Source of the DNA: the human T2T-CHM13v2.0 reference genome, Homo sapiens
NCBI RefSeq assembly: GCF_009914755.1
Contig: NC_060930.1
DNA: 64,000 nucleotides
Strand: one strand, 5' to 3'
Shown here: in pieces, positions 52,690 to 64,000 of the stretch
Layout of the letters: every line of letters starts with the position of its first letter
Numbering within the stretch: position 1 is the first letter of the stretch
Translations under genes and position numbers: made by a program
The notes under the pieces: model-generated
Databases searched by the model: none
The model's input: only the letters and a program-made list of their open reading frames with translations
What the model was told of the DNA's origin: nothing

Positions 52690-54479
52690 GCCAGGAGTCA
52701 GGTCAGACAACAACTCGGCAACTAGCTTCTTGTTATATACGCTTTTTAGTCACATATCCTAAAGTCATATCCTAAGTGAGGATCTCAACTTGGACTTGGA
52801 AGATGACAATAACTTGGAATCACCTGTCCTTCAATAGCCAGGAAAGTTGGTTCTTGAATTAGGGCTTAAAGAATCAAAATGATTTGGATAGAATGAAATG
52901 GAAGCTAAAGGGCATTCCAGACCAGAATAACTCTTAAATGAGTGAGACCAATAGAAAAAAACTTAATGAGAAATCGAGCAAATTAGACGTGTGCTGTGCT
53001 TGGTGGCTTCAGCATTCCTTTCTTACTTTGTGTAACTGATGGCTTTTGTTGTGGAAACAGTGTAACAGATGGAGTCAATTTGAACAAATCAAAATGAGCA
53101 ATGTAGACAAGACATAGAGTAAGACGTTAAACCTTTTATTTCCCTTAACTATCTTTTGTTATTTGTATTTTTCTTTTTATTTTGTATGCTATGAATCACT
53201 AATGATTCTCTAGTTTTAATTAATAAACAATTCTAAATACATCTGTCATTTCAATGAACTTAATTAAATTTCCATTGGAAGATTTAATAATATATTTTCT
53301 GAGTATTAAATGATATCAGATTTTTATTTTCTCTTCAATCATTGTTTTGAAAACATATTACCCTGAAAAACACATACAAAAGTGCTGTATTTTAAAAATT
53401 TACTCTTCTTAACATATTTTTCCTACTAGAAGAGGCAACATTTACTTTCATTATTTAATATGAATTCATGTACTCATTTATTTAACACTCATTTTAATCA
53501 AGATATGCAAAGGTGAGTAAAATATGGGCTTTGAGGCTAGGGTGTCCACAGCTAGGAAAATATATATTATTTAAATAAAGAGGAAATTTCTGATTAATTC
53601 TTTGCTTTCTTAACCTGATACCATGGAATATTTATAAATACTGAATATTAAGTAGGAAACTTTGATTTGCTTAATATTGAGAAAGTAGCACAATTAGCAA
53701 GTTATCTCTTTTGAATTAAAAATTACAACTGGATTATAGTTTAGTGATGAAAAATCCAACAAAACTACCATGTTTCTCTTGACTTTCATTTAGTTGTCTG
53801 AAATGAATAGTGGCCTTGCTTGTTTATACTGTAAACCTAGTAGTTAATTTTTAAGGCACAAGGGCTCTGACTTAATTTTCTTTGCTTCATTCCACTGATA
53901 AGAAGAATGTCTCTGTGTCAAAGTCATTTTATATTTTTTATTGTCATTGTCTCATTCTATTATATAAGCAGATATTAATTCTAAGTATATCTTTCTTCTT
54001 AAGTAGAGTTCAGTCTTGTTTCTGCCTCCACTTTGCCATCCATTACATATTTTCTTTTGGTATTATCTTTGAAAATTATTCAGAAACCATTTTAGATATC
54101 TATTATTCTTTTTGTTACTGTTTTGAGATAAATTATAATGTTAAATGTTATAATTATAAGCTTTCATGTCAAACACATTCTTTAAACTTTGCGGATGCTA
54201 ATCATTTTCTTTTAAAATTATGCCACATGATTATTAGTTTCAAATTTTTAGTTTCAAAAGCAACAAGTTTATATTTTTGTCTTGGATTGGATTCTCTATT
54301 TTACAAATTATAAAGTTGTCCACATAATTTAGTTGTCTCCTGTTTGTTGTATATTGTAAAGGATTTATGCCATAGTATAAAAATAATGAATTATGGAAGT
54401 GAATTATTTTATTATCCTAATATTGTGATTTTATCATTCTTCTTCACTTCCACTAAATTCTGAGTAATGCCTCAAATCC

Positions 54480-55400
54480 CAGTTTAATTAAATATATATT
54501 GAAGACCTACTACTATTTGCCAGAAACCATAGGAGATGTAGTAACAGACACAATGCAAGTATAAAAGACTTCAAAATACTATTTGTTTTGGGAGCACACA
54601 TTCTACAAAGTTATTCTACTTGCACATAGTGTACAACAGAAGACAAAATTTTATCTGTGACTGCTTTGCAAACTCAGAAGGCTGAGGCCTTGCATAGTCA
54701 AGAAGGGCTCTGACTGTAATCTTTGCTCAAGCCAATTTAAAAGAAGCATTCTGCATTCAAAATACATAATTATCCTTAAACATTTAGTTGATGATCTGAC
54801 TCTAGAAGAATAGATAGAATTTGGATATCTTACATGGTTGAAGAATTTCATAATGCATTCCAGGCAAGTAAATGAACATGAGCCCAGAAGCAGATGGGCA
54901 CAGTGTGATTGCAAGAACAAGAAACCCACTGACAAGAGCAGGATTAGCAAAAGGGCAGGGGACATAATTGATAAAATAGAAGAAAAGTATAGGGGAAGAG
55001 GTATTAGAATTAGATTATACTGAAAAGTGTAGGTAGAGGGGTGATATACTAAACTGATGTGTATGTAAAATCTCATGGGTGAGTGTGACAGACTCACGGG
55101 CAAACCAGTTCGGAAGGTATCCCATTAACCCAGGCATGTTACAATAACAACCCAGATTGAGATTTGGAAATGTGGATATAAAAGAGTGATTAATGATGCT
55201 GTTTTGATTATTTGTTTTCAGAAATAATAAATCTTGGTAACTATCTTGACAAAAGGAAGGAAGAAGAAAGATGAATCAGAGCCATTGTACATTTTTGAGC
55301 CTGGGTGAACAAAAATAATGGTAATGACATGCATACAGGCAAGGGCACTGGGAAGTGAGCTTATTAAGAGTCTGGGTATAGATGGAGTGAAAGGTAAGGA
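54480..55400 (-). mobile_element. L2 fragments
   Basis: ttaaatatatattgaagacctactactatttgccag, gcattccaggcaag, ccagttcggaagg and tttttgagcctgggtgaac are reversed L2 phrases. Confidence 0.55.
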
Positions 55401-55619
55401 AAACCAAACACACCAAGTTTTCAAACTTCCATCTTGGGTATAGTTAGAGTTAATGATAAAGTATATTAAAACCAGACTCACTTTATTTAGACACTTTCAT
55501 TCTCTATTTTGATTTGTGGAAGTTTTCTACAATCTCTGTTCTCTAAGAGCATCAATCAGTATATTTCATATAAATAGCTATTGTTAGTATCCTTTAAGTT
55601 ATTTATTGCTCTAAGTGAT

Positions 55620-55800
55620 TCATATATTTAACTTGTTTAATGCTCACAATACCCTATAGAGAGTTACTAAATTATTATTATACAATTTTATAGATGAGAA
55701 CAGGGAAGTACAGAAAATCAAATAGCTTAGCGAAGGTAACAAAGCTAATAGGTCCTGAAAACAATTTTTGGAACCCAAGAATCTTCTGCTCTTATCTACT
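55620..55800 (-). mobile_element. MIR
   Basis: cacaataccctatagag..attattatacaattttatagatgagaacagggaagtacagaaa. Confidence 0.65.
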
Positions 55801-55889
55801 GGTATGTAGATTGATTCCTTCATGCCAAATAGTCGGTTTAGTATAAACAAGTCACATCTTCTCTACCTCTTTTAGCTCTTATATACTCA

Positions 55890-56607
55890 TTTTTTTTTTT
55901 AATTTAAGTTCTGGGATACATGTGCAGAACATGCAGGTTTGTTACATAGGTAAACATGTGCCATGGTAGTTTGCTGCACCCATCAACCCATCATCTAGGT
56001 TTTAGGCCCCACATGCGTTAGGTATTTGCCCTAATGCCCTCCCTCCCCTTTCCCCCCACCCACCAACAGGCCCTGGTGTGTGATGTTCCCCTCCCTGTGT
56101 CCATGTGTTCTCATTGTTCAACTCCCACTTATAAGTGAGAATATGTGGTGTTTGGTTCCTGTGTTAGTTTGCTGAGGATGATGGTTTCCAGCTTCATCCA
56201 TGTCCCTGCAAAGGACATAAACTCATCCTTTTTTATGGTTGCATAGTATTCCATGTGTATATGTGCCACATTTTCTTTATCCAGTCTATCATTAGTGGGC
56301 ACTGGGTTGGTTCCAAGTCTTGCAATCATAAATCATGCTGCAATAAACACGTGTGCATGTGTATTTATAGTAGAATGATTTATAATCCTTTGGGTATATA
56401 CCCAGTAATAAGATTGTTGGGCGAAATGGTATTTCTGGTTCTAGATCCTTGAGGAATCGCCACACTGTCTTCCACATTGGTTGAACTAATTTACACTCCC
56501 ACCAACAATGTAAAAACATTCGTATTTCTCCACATCTTTGCCAGCATCTGTTATTTCCGGACATTTTAATGGTCACCATTCTAACTGGCGTGAGATGGTA
56601 TCTCATT
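55890..56607 (-). mobile_element. 5'-truncated L1PA8A/L1PA10-like 3' end
   Basis: T11 tail, then catctaggttttaggccccacatgcgttagg. Track ORF 56292-56606 is the ORF2 C-terminus ([21 protein letters not shown]). ctcatt occurs at both junctions. Confidence 0.9.
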
Positions 56608-59344
56608 ATGAACCATCAAAATAAGCATAGAAGATAAGGACATTTAAAATCTGGTGATTATATGTATAGCTAACTTTATTTCCCAAAACTCCTCCCACCA
56701 AATCTGCTCTCCAAACACGGAGACTGTGTCATGTTATTTTATGTCTCTTGGCTTTTCACATATTAATTCAACCGAACAGAAAATTCCCCTGGCTAACTAG
56801 AAACTGCTAATCAGCTTTTATGCTTGTAAAGCATACTGTGGTTGTCAACAACTGTCTGGGCCTGATTTTGTTTTCATTTGTTTTAAATCTAGACTTTTGG
56901 AGTCTTGCTGCTATGGCATGCCTGTGCAATTGAGTGTACTAAAGAAATTCAGGAGTGAGACTTTTGCACTGTTTTAGTGTGTCCTGGCTTAATTATTTTT
57001 TTATTTTTATTTTTTGGACAAGCCAGAATGATCTGCTCATATCCTACCTCTTATCTGTCTTTTTTTTAGGCTGCTTTCTTCTTTGTACTTAAAGCTCTTA
57101 GTACCTCCTGCAAATCCACCTGGCCTCAGAGTGCTTTATAGTTCCTTAGTTGCTTCCCCTTATCAAAATGTTCATGTCTCTGATTTTGAGAACTGTAACA
57201 TAACAATAAGTTATGTTAATAAGATAAACAAATCCCTGCTCCTGAGTAAATGAGATAATGTGCTATTTCTTATAGTTTGATCATTTCTGCTTAACTCTGA
57301 AATGCCGTGCTCATTGAAGAGGCCTTTGGAAAGTTATAATGATACCAGAAATAGTCATTTTGGTCTACTGCAAGGTAACTTTTGATGGGGACATTACTAC
57401 AAGTAGACAAGTAACACTCTGTTTTTGATAAAGAGGGCTTAAAAATCAAGTAAAGGAAACAAATTTATATGGGGTATAAAAATTTGTTATGATGAAAATA
57501 CATTGAATAAAATGATAAAAAATAAGTACATAGAACTGTTAGCTAAATGTAATCATTTTTTTCAGATTCCCTCCCCTGCCCCAGAATATCCTGTATACAG
57601 ATCCAGTTATTTTTTAAAAATCTTTTCAGGTATCTTTATTTTAGTATTTAACAGCTCAAAATACCACAAGGTAAATGGAATAGACATCCATTCTCTTGTT
57701 TTACTTATGTTGAATACAGTTTATAGAAAAGGCAATATTTTATTAATTTTAAAGGACCATAATTTTCCTGCTTCATGGTACGTATCTGTTTGCTCTTAGA
57801 CAAGTTCCTAGGAACAACAATTTTATGTTTGCTCCAGGTACACAACATCTATAATATAAATATAAAGCTGCATTTAAGCTGACATTCAGTCATCAAATTT
57901 CCTCATTTTAAAAGGCTAAATCACACATTCAAACAATGTGCATTTCTGAGAAAAAAAAATTGTGTAGGTATGGCAAAATTTTTTTGTGTCAATTAAATAC
58001 CAATGGTGTTCAAAATGTCTCCAACATGCATATCAAAAGGAAATTGTGTTAATTATACTGATTAACCCTAGTTTATTATGTTTCACCAAGTAAGTCCTCC
58101 TAGAAAGGAATTAGTGGAAGATGCATAAACATTTTAAATTCAAATGCAGAGTGTGGTAAATTGTTACCACAGAGACTTAAATGGATTATTTTATGTTCTC
58201 AGAGCATCCATCAGGAAAAAAACTGTTTTAGAAAACCAATGTGATTGTGTCAAGATGATGGGACTAAATTGACCATGGCAAGGTTTAGTCAGTGTTTTTC
58301 CTGTTTTCATTATTGATTGCATAACATTGATTATGTTAACTGTGCAGAGCTCCAATTTACTTATTACGTTTGCTAAAATAACAGATTGGCATTGGCACAA
58401 TTTCTTTTTATTTGAGGTTTTTAGGTACATTCTACTTGTCATTATTTTGGGAGAGTTTTTTTTTTTTTTTTTTAAGAAACCTAGAATTCCTCTTCCCCAT
58501 CTTAAATTCTAGGGTTTTTTTTTAACTTTTTATTTACTAATTTCATTGCTTGGGAATTTAGAAAAACCCAGTCATTGATATCCTCTGATTAAGTACCTTA
58601 TTTCCTAAGAAAAAAAAGGAATAGCATAGGGCGTATTGTCTTTTCTATAAACAGTATTCAGCATAAGTGAAACAAGAGAACAAATGTCTATTCCATTTAC
58701 CTTGTGGTATTTTGAGCTGTCAAATACTAAAATAAGTAATGATATCTGAAAATATTTAAAAAAATAACAAATCATTAGGATAGATTCAACATAAAAAGCA
58801 GAAACAAAAAACGTTATGGCTTCTTTCTGTGATGCAGTTCCATATTTTATACTATTTTAAATATGTATGTATGTATATACATACACATATATATGTATCT
58901 ATATATCTCTGATCATTGAAAATAAAACAAGGTTCTGAGAACATCCTCATTAAAAAAAGATTAAACTATTAATCAGGGATAGTGAGTACCTATTAACTGA
59001 AGATGCCATTTTGGGAAAGAAGGCATAGCCCATGATCTAGGGTTTCTTGCTTCAAGCTGCTACTCGGAAATACCCAAACTTTGGATAAAAGAAGTTTTGA
59101 CAAATTTTAAGGACGTAAAACCAGATAAGTATCATTAGTCACTAATGAGAAGATTATGAGGATAAATGCAAAGGCCTGGGTTTTCCAGGAGTGTGTATGC
59201 AGTGACTTAACATTATCAAAAATGGGCAAGTGAGCTTCCCTGGCATAAATGGATAAGAAAGCAAAAGTCTAACAGGGACCTCACCTCTACCATGTATGAC
59301 CATGTATGACCATGAGGACATTAGCACCAGACTGTCAGGGTGCC

Positions 59345-59520
59345 AGAGTGGCTCCTGCATGTACTAGTTCTGGAACTTGGGCAAATTACTTAATCATTGT
59401 GCCTCAATTGCCTCATTTACAGAGTAGTGATAATATAACACCGATCTCATAGGGCTGTCATAAATGTCAAATGAGTAAATGCATGCTAAGTACTTATAGC
59501 AGTGCCATACAAGCAGTAGC
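59345..59520 (+). mobile_element. MIR
   Basis: cttgggcaaattacttaatcattgtgcctcaattgcctcattt..ctcatagggctgtc..aaatgag. Confidence 0.75.
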
Positions 59521-59649
59521 TGTAATTATTACATTTGTGTTTCTTTTATATTTGGGTTAATGGCTCCCTTATAGTGAGGGTGGGTATACAAGAAAGAGTG
59601 ACAAGACTAAAGGTTTAAAAGAAATGGCAGAACCAGACAGCAGGCTGGT

Positions 59650-59653
59650 TTTT

Positions 59654-59685
<32 letters not shown>

Positions 59686-59948
59686 TTGCCGGAGTCTCCC
59701 TCTGTCGCCCAGGCTGGAGCTCAGTGGCGCGATCTCGACTCACTGCAAGCTCCGCCTCCGGGGTTCTCGTCATTCTCCTGCCTCAGCCTCCCGAGTAGCT
59801 AGGACTCCCGGCTAATTTTTTGTACTTTTAGTAGAGACGGGGTTTCACCGTATTAGCCAGGATGGTCTCGATCTCCTGACCTCGTGATCCGCCCGCCTCG
59901 GCCTCCCAAAAGTGCTGGGATTACAGGCGTGAGCCACTGCGCTCGGCC
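59650..59948 (-). mobile_element. AluY with 19-bp internal deletion and (GTTTT)n tail
   Basis: AluY diagnostics; lacks acaggcgcccgccaccacg after ctaggact. TSD g(c/g)aggctggt at 59640-59649 and 59949-59958. Confidence 0.92.
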
Positions 59949-61175
59949 GGAGGCTGGTGTTTTTTTAAGGTTAATCATCAATTTATTCTATGTTAGCAAT
60001 GCACTCATTTTCAAAACAATATTTTTCTATTTATGTATCTATCTTCCTTTTAAACAGTACACATTTAAGTTTTATATAAGGAATAAATTCATTTTATTTG
60101 TTTTTCTCTGCTATTGACAGTTTTGTTTTTTTTTTAATCTTGTGCTGGACTCCTGCAGGAAAACTAACATAAATCCATCCATCAACAGTATTTGAAACAA
60201 TTAAAAATTATATTGTTTAAAATTAAATCTGTTTAAAATAGATGTCTGATATTTGTACATCATAGGAATTTAAAATTATTTCAAGAACAATGGTAGCCAG
60301 GAATACTCTTATAGCACATCAAAGCATAGTTTCTCATGGCATAAGTCTGAGCTATTTTAGCCCCTTATCAGCAATGCAAGTTCTTAACGAACTGATAGTT
60401 TTTAGATGAGCTTAACTTCCTTCCTCTTGCCAAATATGTTGTTGCCATAGCTATCTCCTTTACAGCAGTGATGTTATTTTATTAGCATGAGCTTAAAAAA
60501 TTCAGTTATTTCTGTCTGTCAAGACACAACATACACATTCTCTCAAAATTTGCAATTTTCTTTTTTTACATGCTTTACTTAATTTAATAGTCAATATGAA
60601 ATCGTTTTACAAAGTAAGCCAGTTTCTTCACATATCTATGGAAACATTTGGCAGTTAAATTCTCCTGGCAGGTACACTAGCCAGTTCAAAGACAGAGAGT
60701 CCTTGGGATGTATTTTCTATTGCTGAGGAAGCTGGCTTGATTTGAAGGAAAAAAAAATCCAAGTCAAATCATCCTTTCAGAGTTTTATGTTATAAAATTC
60801 TGGGGGATCTGAATCAAAGGTTACTTATTCTTAGGTAAATGTGATGATGCTTTTTGAGAAAAATCTTGTTTTTAAGCTTTTTTAAAACTGCTTCCGTGGA
60901 ATTAAAGTGTTCTGGTGATTGTTAACGATAATTTCTCAGGAAGGGTTTCATGGGTTTATAGGTAACTCCCCTAGGCAGGTATCTGAGATCAAATCTACAG
61001 ATTCAGCTCCCTAACTCTTGTAATGCAGTGTCCAAACTGATAGTTTGGCTACCCAAACATTTGTCCTGAAACAGCAGCATGGGGCACTAATGCCAGAAAG
61101 TCCCACAACCAAGAGAATGGCCTTGACTCCGAACCATCAAAAACTCAGTAATATTTAAGAGAGGAAGTTGAGGGC

Positions 61176-61559
61176 TGATAAGGTTTGGCTCTGTGTCCAC
61201 ACCTAAATATCATCAAATTGTAATCCCTACATATCAGGGGAGGGGCCTGGTGGGAGGTAATTGGACCCTGGGGGAGGATTTCTCCCTTGCTGTACTCATG
61301 ATAGTCAGTGAGTTCTCACAAGATCTGATGGTTTAAAAGTGTGTGGCACATCCCCCTTGGCTCTCTCTCTCTCCTGCTCCACCACGGTAAGATGTGACTT
61401 GCTTCACCTTCACCTTCCACAATGATTGTATGTTTCCTGAGGGCTCCCAGTGATGCTTCTGTACAGCCTGTGGATCTGTGAGTCAACTAAACCTATTTTC
61501 TTCATAAATTACACAGTCTCAAGTAGTTCCCTATAACAGTGTGAGAGGAGACTAAAAGA
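61176..61559 (+). mobile_element. MSTA (or THE1D)-type MaLR solo LTR
   Basis: tgataaggtttggctctgtgtcc...gactaaaaga, with a perfect 5-bp TSD agggc (61171-61175, 61560-61564). Confidence 0.9.
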
Positions 61560-61882
61560 AGGGCCTTGACATCCATCCCTTCCTCCTGATACATTGAGTT
61601 CTAGCCTTATAGCTGATTAGATCTCTGAAATGGTACATTCTTGAAATTCATTATCTCAGCCCTCAGAATGATCATCATCCTTGCTTTTATAATTATTCCC
61701 TCAAGTTTTAGAGGACTTTTATAAAATTAGGATATTTGAAAATCACCCTAACATTTTAGGAAAACTTACCAATGACACTTCTGTTATGATGATGAATGGC
61801 CCAAATATAAGAACCCATCTGACAATGTTTTGCTAGAATTTAGCATGAAGAAAAAATACTTTTGTTGAAGAGTCACTGCTCA

Positions 61883-62420
61883 TTCTTTGTTCATTTATTT
61901 ATCAAAGAAATATTGGCCGACTACCATGGGGGCCAGAGTCTGTTCTGGATGCTGGACATTCACTACTGCTGTCAGAAAACTCACTGTCAAGTCACAGAAA
62001 GATATAGGAAAAGCTGACGCTATGAGGAGCCAGGGAAGACTGGAGACTCAGGAAGAAGTCTATAGCAAGAAGTGGCATTTGGCAAGGTGTTTCATCATAA
62101 GTAAATATTTGTATGTAGAAGAACAGGAAAGGGCCTTAGGGACAGATATTAGAGCTTTGGCAACAGCACAGATGTGAAAAGTAAACAGTGAGAAAAGTTA
62201 TGTGCAGTTGAGAGAGAGAAGTTCCATGTGGCTAGTAAGAAACACTAGCAGGAGCTGAGGTTGAAAAGGATCTCTCAGGGTAGGTCGTAAAAAACTTGGG
62301 ATGCTAAGCTCCACAGTAAGTTTTACTCTGTGGATGAGGAAGGGTCCATAATGAACTTAAATTTAAGGCGAACAACATGGTCAGATTTATGAGATGAACT
62401 GTTTGTGAATTTTATAATGG
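61883..62420 (-). mobile_element. L2
   Basis: ttcatttatttatcaaagaaatattggccgactaccatggggg..aagttttactctgtggatgagg..aacatggtcagattta. Confidence 0.6.
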
Positions 62421-62930
62421 AATAGACTGTTATTGTGCTTTGAAAATTCCTGTATTACCAGGATGTAGAACAGATTCAAACAAATAGCATATGCTTAATT
62501 ACTATCTGTTGAGTCGAATGCTTAGTTATGAGGCTGCAAGAGTCTAAGGGTAGAGATACAGAATAATGTTGGAGTTCAGATATATTTTACCATTGATTCC
62601 TCTTTTGGATATTGACATTCCCATAACTTTTTCCTTTTCCTGAAGGCTAGGCAATTCAGAGCTATGCAATAATTATATGTGTTCCTCACAGTTGGCATGC
62701 ATGCTTCTTCCTTTTTGTGGCTTTTATTTTCTGTTTCCATTATATTGATGTTAACTCTTTTGTAGCTTTTATCATAGGCCACCTCAAATATGTTTTGGAA
62801 ATATGTTGAGTGTAAATGAACCCATATTTATTTGGAAACTTTTAGGTTAACACTGCTTTCGTATTTCAGGCCTATTCACATGGAAATGACCTTAAAAGAT
62901 GCTCACAGCCACCGGCTCACCCTCAATGAT

Positions 62931-62944
62931 GCGCCCCCTAGAGG
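62931..62944 (-). promoter_or_regulatory. Strong CTCF core motif in a small GC-rich unique patch
   Basis: Reverse strand reads CCTCTAGGGGGCGC, a near-consensus core with intact CpG, in otherwise CpG-poor AT-rich DNA. Confidence 0.65.
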
Positions 62945-63464
62945 AGGCCTGCAGCCCACTCAGGCAGGCTGCCAGTCTTATTTTGGAAGACGGCAATGGC
63001 AAAATGCATTCTCCTTGTTATGTCCACTTGTCTTTTTATTTTTTTGTGGTTTCAGAAATATACAAGCATTGAGTTGTCATGTACAGGGAAATTGTCTAAA
63101 TGCAGCTTTAAAAAAATGATATACATATCAATTAAACTCTTTAACCTTCTGGGATTTCTTCCCAACTTTAAGAATCTAAATATTAAAGGTAATCTATGGA
63201 CAATTCAGTCTGCACCATGAACTATAATCACATAAAAACTTCAATTATCAACACTTATGATCTGAACTTGCTTTTTGGTACAATAGAAATAATAATAACC
63301 TAAAGTGTTATTTGGCATTGTTGAAGGCACCTCAGTATGCTGATATGCTTGAGAATCACAGCTATGCAGGAGCCTACGGCAGGTTGAAATAAGTGACAGC
63401 TTTGAAATCAGGAAATGTGGTCCTTTCAACATCACCTTCGCACCTCATTCACAGTATAATTGGG

Positions 63465-63570
63465 AAAGTCATGCAATCTCCTGAAAATCTTACTTCCTCA
63501 TCTGTTAGACAGAAATTATTCTTTCATAGAATTATGAAAATTGAAAAAATGTGTATAAAAGTATCCCAAT
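63465..63570 (+). mobile_element. MIR
   Basis: ggaaagtcatgcaatctcctgaaaatcttacttcctcatctgttagacagaaattatt. Confidence 0.55.
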
Positions 63571-64000
63571 ACAGTATACTGTATAAAATTGTATTTTAAA
63601 ACTGATGTAAGTGAATTATAGAAATTCTGGTTATGGGACATTGCATTTAACATAGTCAGTAAATTTACTGTAAAATTAATATTTTCATTATGAAAGAGAC
63701 ATATATTTTACCACTCTATGCCCACTATTCATCTATCCTGAATTAAACTTGGCTGAAAAAGTTAAATTTAAAAAAAAGTTTGGTTTGAAGAGCAAGTATT
63801 TCCTAAATGTGATAGCTTAATGATAACACTGAGTTAGTTCTAATCTAACATTAAAGGAAGAAACATGTACACTTACGCTTTGGATGGGACAAATTTTTGT
63901 TATTCACATTTGAAATTCACTTTAGTTTTAGCACAATAAAATTTAATAATTTATTAGTCCCTCATAGCACTCTGCTGAGAAGTGAATGTCTTGTCAAAGG

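Noticed and set aside
53882-55103. 143-aa and 150-aa ORFs
   Set aside because: F/L/I/Y/S-rich translations of T-rich or L2 DNA with no recognisable motif or exon structure.
62832-63119. 95-aa ORF over the GC patch as a coding exon
   Set aside because: Non-ATG start, no recognisable homology and no canonical GT donor. The CTCF motif explains the GC content better.
57196-63670. Short palindromes taacataac/gttatgtta (~57196) and cagtaaatttactg (63657-63670)
   Set aside because: Arms of 7-9 bp are expected by chance in 64 kb of AT-rich DNA.

Overview
Human (hominoid) AT-rich, CpG-poor, apparently gene-poor genomic DNA. An AluYa5 carrying all five diagnostic bases makes it almost certainly Homo sapiens. 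I recognise no host protein-coding exon, RNA gene, CpG island or CRISPR array, and the long ORFs are all transposon-derived. The first ~30 kb is a stack of mobile elements: THE1 inserted into an HSMAR2 mariner; an MSTB LTR; a 6.0-kb near full-length L1PA4/L1PA3 (ORF1 and ORF0 open, ORF2 dead); old L1M pieces; MER2B; MLT2A; AluY; an L1MA containing an LTR-less ERV1 fragment; and a second L1MA carrying L1PA15/16, a solo LTR13 and MER30. The last ~34 kb is mostly unique sequence with MIR/L2 relics, three Alus, two L1PA 3' ends and an MSTA LTR. I found no convincing new biological system. The best leads are mutational or regulatory: a 185-bp copy of DNA from 4.9 kb upstream placed in the centre of a palindromic (TG)n(TA)n(CA)n microsatellite with a snap-back hairpin; a TPRT-style retrocopy of antisense ERV1 internal sequence; an AluY whose CpGs have escaped decay; a perfect 35-bp duplication with a fold-back spacer; and a convergent CTCF motif pair with one anchor in LTR13. 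Repeat subfamily names come from recalled consensus sequences, not database searches, and boundaries of old elements are approximate.
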